Positions 26,732 to 40,509 of a stretch of 64,000 nt of DNA are shown here, one piece after another (position 1 is the stretch's first letter; the number at the start of each line of letters is the position of its first letter). The position numbers and the translations under genes are program-made. A model generated the notes under the pieces. It did not search any database. It saw only the letters and a program-made list of their open reading frames with translations, and was not told the DNA's origin. The DNA is from Gracilinanus agilis (taxonomy: Eukaryota). The stretch covers positions 284,364,202 through 284,428,201 of the forward strand of contig NC_058133.1 of the NCBI RefSeq assembly GCF_016433145.1, read 5' to 3'.

Positions 26732-29234
26732 GAGAAAGTTCTCGACCTGTGATTCATTGCTCTGGGGAAAGGCTGGTGCAAAAACTCCCTCTATGGATTC
26801 AGATTAGCAGCTCATTTCTTAAAGTCTTAGAGACTTGCCTGGAACAATGAGTAGCAGTGAGTTAAATAGCATAACCATACCCAGCTAATAACTATTAGAA
26901 ACAGACATGAATCTAGCTGTTTTCTTCAGTGCTGGCCTTCTACCCACTAAACATATTATGTCTTGTTCATAATATAATAAACTTTTAACAATTAGGATTC
27001 TCCCTTTTCCCTGTTTAGTTATTACCTCAACTATATCATTTATTTTTCTGGGACAGGAAGCCTTAAAGATTCAGGCTTTACTTCTGCACTATTTCTTTAT
27101 ATATCTCACTAATTTGTCCTCCAGACGATAAAGATTGTACAGTGAAAGATGTTAGTTGGCTCTTTGAAAGAATAAGGACTAGTGGTTCATTAAATATTTG
27201 AGCCACTTAAAAGTCAACTTTATTTTAATGAGATACTCTAGAGGGGCTGCTTGTCCTAAGTTTCTGGTACTATTTCTAATGGCTACAGAGGCAGTTGTAA
27301 CTGCCTTCCTATTCCTCAACATTTAGCAACAGATATTCTCTAAAGGAATAGGGAATAGCTTGTGGAAATTATTATGCTTACACCAGTAAAAGAGGAAACC
27401 ACTCACTTATATTCTATGAAGAATTTTAATTACAGCTAGCTGGATGTAAAGCAAATATAGAACAGATGAAAAGCAAACATAGAAGGCACAAGAACTCTTC
27501 AGATACTTGTGCATGAGGAGCATGCTTTTTTAGACTTGTAGAATTTCTGTTTCTGCACTAGCTTTCTCCACACTAATACAAATCACCTGTATCTCTGGAT
27601 CACAGAATAAGTTTTTGGCATCAATGCAATTTAAGGCCATTTTGCCCTGTTCCTGAAAGCTTTTCTGCTTCTGACATTTATTCACTATTGGTAAGGGACT
27701 TGAGGTTCTTTTGAAAATTTAAGAGCTCTAACTGGATGAAGTTCATAACTTGTCAACACTCTTTTCTCTGAATTGGTCTCTGAGACAACATGACTGTAGC
27801 ACACAATCCAGACCCTAAACCTTGTAGGCACTTGATTATTGGAGGGAAACTTATAATTAGCCTAAAGGTAATTTGCAATCAAGGACATTGGGAGATGTAA
27901 CTTATCTCATGATGGATAATATGCTGAACTTGAGGAATAATGAATATCCTGAGGATAATCTTGACAGAAACTACAGTTACCTTAGAATAATGGTGAGAGC
28001 AAAGCTTTTTGTAGAAAAGAAAAATTTTACAAGACTACAAATAACTAGGTTTCAAACTATTACTATATATTAAACTATATTAAAATGCTTACTCCAAAAG
28101 AATTACAGTAAATTATAATAAATGTAAAAGTTTCTTCTATTTAAAAGAGGTGTCTCCCAAAATGGGAGTTAAATGAAAATGCCAGTACACAAAGAATAGT
28201 AGTAAGAATAATGATGGTGACTTCCATGATGATAATAAAAATAGCTTAATACTATCACAGTCACACTTCTATAATTAGAAATTCATACTTTCCATAAGAT
28301 AGATGATTATGGTCAAATGATCAAAATATAATTCTTGCCTGATGAAAAAAGTAACCAAGGACTTTACTGTAGCAGTTACTCAAAAAAAAATTAGAGCAAC
28401 TGGGAAAGAATCTTAACAGGTAAAAGATGTGTGCCTCTAATGCAGATGTGTTTACATTTTTTTACCCCTTGGTTTGATGCTATCAAGCTATTTCACAGTT
28501 GTCACTTACATTAGAGAATCTTGAGCCACTCTCTTGTCATTCAACTTGATCAGCTGAATCTTCATTGAACAACGGTAACTGATTAGCATTCTTCCCCCTT
28601 GGTGCATATTGTCTCAACTTTTTCAGCTCTTCTGAGAACCAAAGTTCCATGTCAATTTTGAATGATTTATAATATTCCTTATTATTTCAGTTTGAAGGTT
28701 CATATTTTAGGCATCTATCTGAATTACCAGTTATAAAATACTAACCTCACCACAGTCCATAAACTTTTTTTGTCATTTCAGTTTTTAAGTTTGATAACAT
28801 TTCTGTGTAATTGGATTCTTTGTTAATCCTATGTATTTTGTTTTATGCATTTACTTATATACTATTGTATATATTATATATGTTATAATTATATAATATT
28901 TGTGTTACATAATTATGTAATATAATATTATATAATATATACATAGTTTCCCTCATACTTGCAGAGGGGTCCATGACATAAAAAAATGAAGAACTCTACC
29001 TTTATTGGGTGTCTTCACAGACAGCATAATATGTGGGCCATTTTTACTATAAATATTAGGTGATTTTATATGATATATGTATCATATATAGTATATAATA
29101 TAATGTATAATATATGATTTTATAAGAATGATAATTGAATTCATATAATTCTATGAGTTCTTTAGTTTTAAAAATAAAATGAAATACATTTTCAGCAAGA
29201 ACTTACTGTCATACTCTTTCTCTTTGCTTACCAG

Positions 29235-29349
29235 CAACTAAGAAAAATACAAATACAAAAAAGAAAACCTTGAAAAATAAAGTAACATGGCAGCCTCTTT
29301 CAAAAGACAGTCAAGGACATTTTGAAGATATGGTGGAGTCTATAATATT
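29235..29349 (+). CDS. CENPQ: CENPQ exon 4 (ATKKNTNTKKKTLKNKVTWQPLSKDSQGHFEDMVESIIL)
   Basis: Conserved TWQPLSK motif. Acceptor ctttctctttgcttaccAG, donor TT|GTGAGT. 115 nt. Confidence 0.93.
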
Positions 29350-29689
29350 GTGAGTATGTAGGCTTTCTGAAAGTGTCACTATTTTTGCTTCAGTTTTTCC
29401 TTTTTTCTATAGCTTGTTTAATTAGTTATTAATTAGTTATCTAGCATAATTAGAAACGGAGAGATAAATACCAGAGAAAGGATTCTTTCCTTGTCCCTGT
29501 AAGGCACAGCCAGGGAAAAATCATAGTGGTCACTTTAAGGAAGATTTGCATGCTGGTAAGACTGTTAGAGAACTCTTGACCACTCTCTTGAACTCACTGT
29601 CTTGAGAGGTGGTTGGTGACTTTTCTCTGGATACTATCAGTTAGTAATTTTAGTTAAACTTAACTTTGAAATCTTAAAAGAACATCTTG

Positions 29690-29910
29690 TGAAGATAGGA
29701 AGAGTTTTGTTTGGTGTGAAAGCTATTCTCCTGAAGGGAGAAGCAACTGCATCAAAAATCTGTGCAGCTTGTAGAACATGTCAAGCATACAACCAACATG
29801 TATTTAGACAAAAGGCATTTGATGGGAGACCTCTAGCTTACATCCTGTTTGGAAATTTACAGATAGACTTTATTTCAATGCCAAAAGCTGGGAACTATAA
29901 AAATTGTTAA
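29690..29910 (+). mobile_element. Isolated ERV integrase fragment in CENPQ intron 4, preceded by LTR-like sequence (about 29460-29690)
   Basis: CAACRTCQAYN...GRPLAYILFGNLQIDFISMPK corresponds to the CxxC of the HHCC finger plus the LQIDF catalytic-core start. Same clade style as the two ERVs to the right. Confidence 0.85.
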
Positions 29911-30501
29911 AGTCCTCTCTTTCCATTTCAAAGCTAGCTTCTTCCCTTTACAGATGTCTGCATTATGAATCTAGAAGAATTTTCAAGGGAACTTCTAAAA
30001 ACCCTTTTGAGAGGAATTCTGGCTGCTCTCTTCTAACTTTAGATGCAAGGAAAGAAATACCTTGTGGTCATTTTGAGGCTGCTATTTTGTGTTTCTATTA
30101 AGTTTTTATAATCCCTGTGTCCCCACATGTGGCCATGTGTCTATGCTTATGATTGTAGTAATGCAGTGGTTAAAACTTGGGCCCATACAACAAAATCCGG
30201 GAGATGCAACACCAATTCCATGTTGACATTCAAAAAAGTCACTAGTAAGAGATTATTTTAATTAGCAAAATGGAGAATCATCTAGAAATGGAGAGAAGAT
30301 ATGGATAGAAAGAGCATTTGGAAAAAAGATGAGGTAATTCAGATATGAAAAAGATAGACAAAGGACTAAACCAAGGATTCCATCTAGAAATGTAGAGATA
30401 AGGATGGTTTATCTCAGAGATCAGGGAAAATGCACTTAGTTTAAATTAATGTTCAAAAGTCTGTTTACTTTTTCTTTAATTGTATTTAATTGCTATTTTA
30501 G

Positions 30502-30570
30502 ATCTGTTTTGAGAGATGAAGTAAAAGAAAAGGAAAACATTCAAATTCATCTTAACTGCCTAAAGGAAAG
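30502..30570 (+). CDS. CENPQ: CENPQ exon 5 (SVLRDEVKEKENIQIHLNCLKER)
   Basis: Aligns with human ILSNSIKEKEEIQYHLNFLKKR. AG/GT boundaries, 69 nt, phases consistent. Confidence 0.93.
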
Positions 30571-30703
30571 GTAATAGTCATGCCATTGCAAAGAGTTAAA
30601 AAAAATAAAGATTTTTGTCCACTGCTCCCTCCACTAAGACAGAAGAGAAAATTGATAACAGCTGTGATAAAAACTAATTATGTTCTCTTTTCCATTTTTA
30701 AAG

Positions 30704-30833
30704 ATTTCTTCAATTGTGTGAAAAGCAGAAAGTCTCTCTAGGAGAGTGGAGCAGTCTAAAGAAAGTATCAGATCTCTGTCTAAAGGAAATGGAGACTCTT
30801 GAGGCAAATCAAGAAGGCTTGGAGTTATTGCAG
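30704..30833 (+). CDS. CENPQ: CENPQ exon 6 (FLQLCEKQKVSLGEWSSLKKVSDLCLKEMETLEANQEGLELLQ)
   Basis: Aligns with human LLQQCETLKVPP...KANEEGLALLQ. Acceptor at 30702-30703, donor CAG|GTATTG. 130 nt. Confidence 0.92.
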
Positions 30834-32199
30834 GTATTGTGAAAATGTAAGTGGGAGGGATTGGCAATACCTACAAAGTAAAGTGAGAGAGAAAAGAACT
30901 GAAAATTTGTCACAAATCAGAGTGATAACTGCTAATATGACCTAGAAAATAGTGTCCCAGTTCCTTGAATAAACTTATTTATCATAAATCCTTTTTCATC
31001 AAGATATCATGTGTACAAAAACTTGGGCTGTTAGTTGAGTAATGATCTGGTATGGTTTTTTTTCCCCCCTTTTATTCCTATAAATATTTTTTAATCCAAT
31101 TGTAGGCTTTTTTTTCCCCAGAATCTTCTTTCTTCCACTTATATTTAATATGCTGTTGGCCAAACAGTGCTAGTAACTGCCAAAATTCACCTCAAATCTT
31201 TTTGTTTGTTTAAACCACTACAACAAGCCAATAACAAACAAATTATAGGATGTATTTAATAGCTATTCTCGGAACAAAAATAGGTTTTTTTTATGTCCTT
31301 GAATTCTGGCTTCCAAATTCTAGTGCTCAATCTGATTTAATCTTTAAATGTGCTTATTTCCTGAGCAGTCAGTGAAATACCATATATTTAGAAGCATAAG
31401 GCATTTTCCTTTTCAGACTGCTTAAAAGCTTCTAATCTAATTGGCAGTACAGAGTAGTACCTAGTCAGTTGTACACATAAATGCAAGGAAGAGGAGTTAT
31501 AGATAATACAAAGTATTAGATATCACAGAAAGAATTTTGAATGAACTCTTCAAAGACATTTATCTTCCAGTATTCTTCTCCTTCCTTCCTATACTTGTAG
31601 GCCACAAACCTTAACTTCTCCTTCCCTTTTTCATTTTGATTTCAGTTATAGCTTGGGTTACTAGAATTCAATTCAAGAAATAGTAATCTACAAATCAGAT
31701 GTTAAAATTGATTATGATTAATTTTGTGATTGAGTATTATGAGAAATTCTGCTGTTATTTTCAGATAAAAGTTCTGTAACTTAGAGAAGACCCTTTTACA
31801 AATATGGTTCAAATTTAAGCCCTACCTGGACTCACATTTAACAATGTTTCTATTATAAATCATCATTTGAAGTTCTCCAAGCTTCAGTTTTCTCATCTGT
31901 AAAATCAGGGTCATGGAATTCAGAGCTAGAGAGGACCTTGGAGATCTCGTCCATTGAGATCCAAACAAGTGATATGACTTCTGTTCTACAATTAGCAAAT
32001 GACAAAGCCTAGATTCAAGGACTGGTCCTGTGACTCTAAAAGTTAATTATCTTATCTGAGTAAAAGAATTTAGGATGGGGAACATTTATATATTGTTTTC
32101 ACCATTTTTGAACCAAAATATGACTAATAGCTGTGAATGTGAATGTGACTCCCATTTATGATTATAATAGTATTACTTTTTATGATTACATTTATATAA

Positions 32200-32890
32200 C
32201 ACAATCATTAGTTTTGAGTTAACAGTCAAAAAAATACAGCTTATGGTGGTATTAAATCTCTTGCTGACAGGCACTTTGACCTTAAGCCTATAATCCGAAA
32301 GTTTCTACCAGGCCCACCACACCCTGCTGCCTATATATAAGACAGTCAGTCAGGAGGTGGAGGGCTGCTTTTGGGTGTGTGACATAAAAGAGTCGGGTGT
32401 ATAGGATGCCATATAGTAGGTGTAATGTCTCTGTCAGTCATCCTTAGCTGTCATATTTAGATACAGGAGATTATTGACTCCTGACATGGGTAGGAATTAT
32501 CAGCAAAAAATCAGACCCTGACCCCTTATTGCAGAGGCCTTGGAAATATCAGTCATAATAATAGATTTTTAGTTAACACCCATAGTGATGATTTCCATAC
32601 TTTCCAGCTTATTCAGTACTTGCATCATTAATTAAGACCTCCCCATGTACAAGATTTGTGTTCATCCTACTTTAATTTTAACTGTATTTTCTGTCTTTAA
32701 CCTGATGCTGTGTCATCAGATTTCTGTGCAAAAAAAAAAAAAAAGGCCATCTCCTAAGGCTTGGTGTCTTTGGTCTTGGTATTGACAAGAGTCCAGCTTT
32801 ACTTTGAGACCAGCCCTCTCTCAGTAAACCTTTTGTCTTGGAGATTTTATTGGTATTTCTGCTGATTGATAATTAATTTTTCACTGCACA
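32200..32890 (+). mobile_element. Probable solo LTR in CENPQ intron 6
   Basis: TATA-like ctatatataa at 32331-32340, AGTAAA at about 32823, LTR-like composition. Termini not verified. Confidence 0.5.
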
Positions 32891-35800
32891 GCTTAATTTT
32901 ATGTGGCAAATTTCAGTGCTACATTAATTTTCCCTGAGTGTTGTCTATTCTGAAAATCTTTATCCCAGATCTTTGTTCTTATTAAACCTCCATGATCTCA
33001 TCCAACCAAAAAAAACAAAAAAACAAAAACACACATGCACATATTTACTTGGCATCATTTACAGTGACCAAATTTATCATTTATCCCAAATAGTATCATG
33101 GCCGACAAACTGCACTGGCTCAGTTTATTCATCTATAAAATCCCTTCAGTTAACATTAATTACCTGTTATGCACTAAGGTTACAAAATGAAGTTAAAAAC
33201 ATCATAGAGTAATGAAAGAGGGCCAACCTTTGAATCAGAACAGCATGAGTTCAAGTCCAACCTCTGAAACATAATGGCTGAGTCCTGAGCAAGTCATTTA
33301 ACTCTCAGGGCCCTCTGACATGTTTCTAAAACCATTAGTTGTAGAACAGTTGCTGTTCTGCATCTCCCCATATCATTGAAATGGCCTGAACCATAAAGAA
33401 AATGTTTTAAGAATCATGCTGGGCAAAATAATATTTTCATCGCTTATTTTTAGTGTTAGAAAAATGCTTTGTAAAGCCATAAGAGCAATACGAAAATGGG
33501 AATTATTACAATAGTTATAATTCAGTGTCTTTCTTGTCAAGGCCATTATTTCAATATCTGTAGTAGGAAATGTATGGCATGAATATTAAGTGGCTTAGGA
33601 TACCCTGGGTGGCATCAGTTTCTGTCAAATAAAACTCTTAGCTCTTTTTTTTCATACAAATTATAATATCATGTGTTATGCAATGCTTTACAGTTAGCCC
33701 CATTAACCATCTTCTTAGTTTAAACTTTTTGTTCTTCACACATCTACCAATCTAATGATCCTGTCTGAAAATCAAATTTGATATGAGTTGCCCTTGTGAA
33801 GCTCTGGCTCCTAGTACTCTTGTATTTTTTTTTTCTTAATGCCTAAATCCAATGTCTGTCAGATGATATCTTGGAGAATGAGAACGGTGACAGAAAATTG
33901 GAGATAGGTATATGTTACTCCATCTGTAATTTAATTTGATAACAATCTTTATTGATTATTGATTTATTAATTATTGATAATTGATAACTCCATCTTTAAG
34001 ATTTAAGTAACATTTGCTCATCTCCAATTTTCTGTTACCTTTCTCATTCTCCAAGATTTCTCAAAGAAGCCTGACATCTTCATATCTTCAGGTCCTTTTA
34101 TTATGCCAAAATGCAGTTCATTTGGACTTGGAACTTATTTAAATTAGCTAGTATTTCTTACTATTTTCATTCATCTTGGGCTCCCTCATTACCACTTTCC
34201 TTGTCAGTTTTGGGTTGTTGTTTTTTTACAGGGAAGAGAGGTGATGTCTTACTTGACTTTTGTCATGACTTGCTTATTAGATTAGATTAGAACAGAGGAA
34301 CAAGGGAATAAAGTGCTGCAAAACCATGTTGTTTGTTAATTATAATGTTCTAAATGGATTTAAGCATGCATCTTCCAGTGTAGAAATGGAAATTGACAGT
34401 TGAGAGGATGTGCTTTGACCCACATTCTCAGGCGTAAGCACCATTCATTTCCTATACCTCCTGGAAGACTTTCACCTGAAAATAGAAGATTTGGGATTGC
34501 CTTCAAATATTTGAACATTCAGTTCATGGAAAATGGGCTACACTTATTCTTTGCAGTGTTTCCATACCCACACTATGCAAAGAGCAACAAAACCACTTGA
34601 ATAATTTTAGAATAGACAGTGGAAAATGATAAATGGAAGAATCTGGAACTTTTTTGTTTGTTTGTTTGTTTATTGTATCTTTTGTAGTAAAAGTCTGGCA
34701 GCAGTACCAGCCCTGAAAGTAGAAATTAGGAAAGACTTCCTCACCAGACATTTTAGCTGAGGATCTTATTTAATACATCAGTGGCAGCAACTTTGAAGAT
34801 CCATCACCTTCCATTTGTCAGCATCTTCTGATTCTGTGTGTTCATCCTTGGTGCTCTTTAACATAGATTTTGCCACTAAGCTGCAGTAATATATTTCTTG
34901 AGGGAACCTACTACAGCTAGAAGCAGCCATATTCCTGCATATCATCTGTGTTTATATCTGGTACAACCAGGACCTTTAATGCTAGAAGCCATGAAGAGAT
35001 GAAGGTAAATAAAAACATAGGGATTTGTAGAGGGAGAAGGGAATGAAAGAGGAATGAAGGGTTGAAGATGGATAACTACTTGACCCACAATAACACACTG
35101 GAAAATCTCACCCAACCCCACAAACATAGGACTTGGAGAATGAGTGGTGACAGCTGAGACCAACTGTCACTTCAGACCAGCTCAGCCAGGAATTTCCTAT
35201 TAAACTATAGTGAGCCCTCTGGCTTGTGAAGAAGGAACAAGAGGAAGTTATAAAACACAGTTTAATAATGATTTTAAGGGTAAAAGACTCTACACTAAAT
35301 AATTATGGACAGACTTCAGGGACTAGAAAAGGGTCAAAATCTACACTGAGCTAACACAGACTATCAGGTCTGGCTTTTGGAGGTTAGAAGGGGATGTGAT
35401 GGTCTCACAGCTAGGTCCACTTCAGCTCCAGCAATGTTCACAGCTTTCCAGGATCCTCAGCAATTAATCCACAAAAGGTAAAGACGGAGCTGAACTAGCC
35501 TGGTATATCCACCACCCAAGTCTGGTCTTGTTGTTCTACCTGAATTTCCACAGGTAGATGTTTCTTCTAGGAGACAAATCCACTTTTCCTGGGCTCTTCA
35601 CTGGGACAGACAAACCTCTAACTGCCTCAGCCACAACAGTCACTCCAGGAAAAAACTCCCTTCTCACCATTCCATGGTTGGAACCCTCCAGCCTTGCCTG
35701 ATTAAGTCTAACTGTCTAAATCTTAATTTATAAATTTGCCTATTACAAAAGTACTACTTGGACAGTTTTCCTGCACATTTTCAGTATTGTTGTTTATTAT

Positions 35801-35941
35801 AGAGGATTCTTTTGTCCCGTTACTCTTATTGTATCACATTTTTTAAAAATTTGTAATTCACATATTTCTTCTGATAAAGTCTTGGCTTCTTAAAAATTTT
35901 TTCTTGAAATGGTACTTTGTTCTTTTCTCTCTCTAACCTAG

Positions 35942-36061
35942 GAAGAAACTAAAAAAGCAGTGAAGGCAACAGAGTTAATAAATGAGAATATTCAGAAACT
36001 TCAGGACAAAATTCGGATTCTTGAGAATGAGTTGGAGGAAGAAGAGGAAAAGGCTAAGCTG
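35942..36061 (+). CDS. CENPQ: CENPQ exon 7 (EETKKAVKATELINENIQKLQDKIRILENELEEEEEKAKL)
   Basis: Aligns with human EEIDKMVETTELMTGNIQSLKNKIQILASEVEEEEERVKQ. 120 nt, canonical splice sites. Confidence 0.95.
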
Positions 36062-36751
36062 GTACTGAAAATAAAATGTATTTTGGATCCTGGAGCCTAA
36101 ATTAAATCTCCCATGTCAAAGCAATTTATTTAAATATGTGATTCTGACTATATACTAGTGAAAGAATAGGAATTGGGTTAATTTTCTTGACAACATGACT
36201 CCCCTATTCATTGAGTTCCAATAACTTTCTCTTGCCTCTAAAATCAATCCCTTAATGTCTCTTTAGCTTTTAAACCCTTTGCAACCTTAAATCAGCCTAT
36301 CCTTCCAGCCTAATTATTCCCCCTATCAAATGGTACATTCCAGCCAAACTGATGATTGTGGAGTCAAACCCCATACTAGAGACTCCATCTCTTAACCCTT
36401 TTCCATTTGCATTAGTTGTCCTCCTTGCCTGGAATGTTGTCCCTCCTCACTTGTACCTCATAGAATGTGTCTTCAAGATCCAGCTTAAGTATCACCTTCC
36501 CTTATCCTCGAATACCTTGTATTAAATTACTTGATATTTATTTGTATTTATCCTATTTATATTTCTTTGTGTATGTACTCTTATGTGCTTTTGTTCTCCC
36601 CTGCTAAAGTATAAGCTCCTTAGGAAGAAGGGTTTATTTTACTCATTGTATTTGTATCCCTACCACCTAGCATAGTACCTGGCATATTTTATATACTTAA
36701 GTTCTACACTCGATTTAGAAAAAAATAAAGTTGTATATTTTCCCTCTGTAG

Positions 36752-36829
36752 GTGCTGCAGAGAGATGATACCAAGGTCCTTTCTCTTCCAGAACTCCCCA
36801 AGGAAAGTATTGAAGCCCCAATACTTCAT
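36752..36829 (+). CDS. CENPQ: CENPQ exon 8 (VLQRDDTKVLSLPELPKESIEAPILH)
   Basis: Conserved VLSLPEL..AP.L motif. 78 nt, AG / GTAAGG boundaries. Confidence 0.95.
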
Positions 36830-38406
36830 GTAAGGATCTATTTTCCTGTTATGAGTGTGATGAGTTACTCTCTACATTGTCCCTATGGAGACTTAGCCAT
36901 AAGGAAAAAGAGAAAGAACTTGTAATAAATGCAAAAAGCCAACTATCTAAAATCAACAGTAAGGGGAAATAGGAGCCCAAAATGGCATGCAAGTGGAAAA
37001 TATTGCAACTTAAAATAGATATATTTGTTTTTAACAAATGCTTGGTTTTATTTTGACACTAGAAATTTCTTTGTTATGTCTCATTCTGTAAGTTTTCTCA
37101 TCTATATGTGAGGAATCTTTTCATCCAGTGTTAGTGTCAGAAATTTCTTTAAAAATGTTTAATGCATTATACAAGGCATTTTGTCTTTCAAAGAGAGAAA
37201 GGAATTTGAAGCTAACCACCTTTTGATGCCCTGAGTCCTAAATTAGAGAATTGAGGAGAATTTAAGGGTGTCTCCATCTCTAAGGAGATGGGTATACATT
37301 TTTTTGGTTATTTTTTTTATGCTACTCCCTATATAGTACTTCACTCAGAATTGTTTGTGGTGGTTAAAATATACATATATATATATATATATATAATGAT
37401 TTGCACCATTTTTTTGCCCATTGGCATCACTTTTTTTAAATTGGGTTAGTATATAGAGCAGAGATTCTAAACTTGGGAACTTGTAGCTTTTTAAAAATAT
37501 ATTTTGATGGCTATTTTTCCATATAATTTGATTTCTTTGTAGTCTTATATATTTTATTTTATACATTTAAAAATATTATTCTGGGGGCAGCTATGTGGTT
37601 CAGTGGAATGAGCCTAGAGATGAGAGATCCTGGGTTCACATATGGCCTCAGATACTTCCTATTCACTTAACTCCATTGCCTACCTTATTATTTATTACTG
37701 CTCTTCTTCATTGGGACCAATGCACAGTATTGATTTTTAAGATAGAAAGTAAGGTCTTTTTTTTTAATAAAATAAAAAAAAATAAAATATTCTGGGGTGT
37801 CCAGACTTTAGATTTCTAGGTAGGTCCTCCACCCAAAAAAACTTAAGAATCCTAGATAAAGATGCTATTAGACCCATACAAATTGCTAATGCTTAATTTT
37901 AATTTGGAAGTGCTGAAAAATAAACCATTGTGATTTATTTTTTTCTATACTTGAAAAACACTAATTTGATCATTTTCATTTACAAAGAAAAACTGAAAAA
38001 GAGGACTTGTACATAAGACATAAAACTTGCATTTTAAAAAATACGTAATTAATTCAGCATGTTAGAGTTTCTTTCTGAATCATTTGCTGTTCAGTTCATT
38101 TATTAAATTATTCATATATACTCTGTCATTTTTGGGGGGGGGGTTGCATTGCGATCATTAGTTTCCCTCTGTTGTGATTTATTCTAATATAGCGTTTAAA
38201 TGCTATGTTGAGTTTTTGGTATACTTCGCAGTGGTAATTGTTATTTTTAGCAGTGCAGAATGCTCAGCAATATAAGTATCTGTGGAGAAGAGAAAATCTT
38301 TTTACTTATTATTTCTCTTTAAGAACATTAGTTGTTATTTTAAGGTAACTTTATTTTAAATTAACTTATTTTTTTGTCTGAATTTTTCTACATTCTTATG
38401 CCACAG

Positions 38407-38538
38407 GAGGAAATTTTGAAAAGAATCCCAAATCAGAAAGATATTCTAAAGGACCTACACGTCATGAATAATTCAGCAGAGATGAAGAACATGTTAACTT
38501 TCATAAAAGAAGCCTATAAGAAGCTGGATACCTCCTAA
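38407..38538 (+). CDS. CENPQ: CENPQ last coding exon (EEILKRIPNQKDILKDLHVMNNSAEMKNMLTFIKEAYKKLDTS*)
   Basis: Aligns with the human C-terminus KEILALIPNQ...EEAYKKLDAS. TAA at 38536-38538. The spliced CDS is 825 nt and open throughout. Confidence 0.96.
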   Translation, partial: EEILKRIPNQKDILKDLHVMNNSAEMKNMLTFIKEAYKKLDTS

Positions 38539-38666
38539 GTTCTTGTACTATATGTTTGTGGACAATTTAACATTTATAAATCAGTGAAAATGACTGTTAA
38601 CTTTAATGACCTGTAGATATTGTAGAGGATATGACAGTCATGGGGATTACAAGTCTCCCGTTCATC

Positions 38667-38798
38667 NNNNNNNNNNNNNNNNNNNNNNNNNNNNNNNNNN
38701 NNNNNNNNNNNNNNNNNNNNNNNNNNNNNNNNNNNNNNNNNNNNNNNNNNNNNNNNNNNNNNNNNNNNNNNNNNNNNNNNNNNNNNNNNNNNNNNNNN
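38667..38798. other. Assembly gap (132 N) in the presumed CENPQ 3' UTR
   Basis: Run of N. Confidence 1.
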
Positions 38799-39478
38799 CT
38801 GAAAATCCAGAGAGGCCCTAGATCATTGCCACAAATGACCACTTCTAGGTGCTGTAGTCTCCCCATTCCACATTTTTCTGCTATGTGCCTTAGAATGGGG
38901 CACTTAAAAATCAAGCTGTTTTCAGCTACTGTGACTTTTCTAGGACCAAAGTTTTAGTGAATATAGCTCAGGTATTTTGAATCATGGGATCAATATAATA
39001 AAATATAAGATACATGTCAATTAATATGTATCTTTCAGAAGTGGCTAAACTTTTGATAGTTGGTCATTTAGAGATTGAAGAACTACCCTATCTTTTTCTA
39101 TCTCTTCTCTCAGTATTTTCCTCTTTCTGATGTCTCTCTGACCTTCCAGTGAGCTTCTTTTACAATTTTCACTGATTATCCATATTTTTGGTAAACTAGA
39201 GAAACTGGGAGATTTTTTTATGATTGTGATTTGGAATGTCTAATTGCATCAGCATTTTATTTCTATGAGTGTATTATAAATGCCAAACCCCTTTTCCTCC
39301 GCAGGTTATCATTGAGGCATAATTGTGTCCCAGAAGACTGATTACTAAAGAAATGCATGTATACTCTGTCCTCTTAGACTGTCAACTTAAATATAACCTA
39401 ACTGCAATACCTGAGGCTTATTTTTTTTTGACACTTTTTTTTGGTTCTTTAATGACACCATATAGTGATCTCAATAAC

Positions 39479-39541
39479 AATAAATTTATTGCTGTATAAC
39501 TGAAACAGTAGTATTTTAAAGCTATTTCAAATAAAAATAAA
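39479..39541 (+). terminator. Candidate CENPQ polyadenylation signals
   Basis: AATAAA at 39479, 39530 and 39536, followed by a U/GU-rich stretch at about 39550-39610. Confidence 0.5.
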
Positions 39542-40509
39542 ACAATTTTACTGTTTCAAATAGATTCTTTGGGGAAATCAGGGCATTGTCTGTTGGGTTT
39601 TATTTGTAAAATAAAGTATATGTAATTAATTTTCTTTCTACTTTGTATATCAATATAAAAGTTATATCTTGTTATTAAAAATAACAAATGTTTAAAATAC
39701 AAACCATGAAAATCACCTAATTCCCCAAATGACAAATTTGCAAATTAATGTCATAAAATAAGAGATTAGTAAAAGAGCATTGAATTTGGAGTAAGACAGG
39801 ATCTGGGTTTAATCTTACCTATACATTAGGTAATCACAGGCAAACCTTTTAAACTCTGAACCTCAGTTTCCTTATCTATAAAATGGAGATAATACTTGCA
39901 GTACCTCTTTCACAAAATTATTGTGAAGAACAAATATATTAGATGCACTGTCCAGCTAAAATTATAAGTCCCTGTATGACTGTAAAGCTATAATCAAAAT
40001 CTGGACATGTCAGGTAGATGCAGCATGATTTTGTGAAGTGTATTGCTCAGGCCACTGATTAGTATTACATAGAGAAGGACATAGCAACCTACTTCCTGAA
40101 AGAGCTTGACAAAACTTCCTACATAGAATTTATTGTGAAGAATAATTTTGGCAGTTATGTGATGTTCTCTTCTACCTGGTTCAGATTGCTATTCTTTTCA
40201 AATCAACAAACATTAAGCACCTACCATGTTACAGGCACTATGCCAAGCTTTAGGAATTCTAAGGATAATGAAAACAGCCTCTTCCTTGAATTAACTTAAA
40301 ATCTAATGGGAGCATATAAAAAACTGCAAGTATGTTATATATAAGGATAAATAAAATCCTAAAAAAGGCACTAGCATTAAGACAGCTAAGAGAAGGCTTC
40401 TTGCAAAAAGTGAGATTTTAATTAAAACTTCAAGGAATCCAGGAAGTAGAGACTAGAAAGGAGTACAGTTGATGAACATACAAAGTTGGAAGATAAAGTA
40501 TTATGTTTG

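Noticed and set aside
26499-26850. ORFs spanning N runs (also 38603-38957)
   Set aside because: Artefacts of assembly gaps.
28850-29140. Palindromic-looking TA-rich tract
   Set aside because: Low-complexity (TA)-rich sequence with no defined unit or termini.
31400-31440. ttttcAG|A CTG CTT AAA looked like the start of CENPQ exon 6 (RLL...)
   Set aside because: It hits TAA after five codons. The true exon 6 is 30704-30833 and aligns over its full length.
34230-35170. Coding-like composition in CENPQ intron 6, possibly a decayed retrocopy (e.g. minus-strand STKDEHTESEDADKWKVMDLQ)
   Set aside because: Stops occur in every frame I translated and I recognise no parent gene, poly(A) tail or TSD. 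A BLASTX search would settle it.
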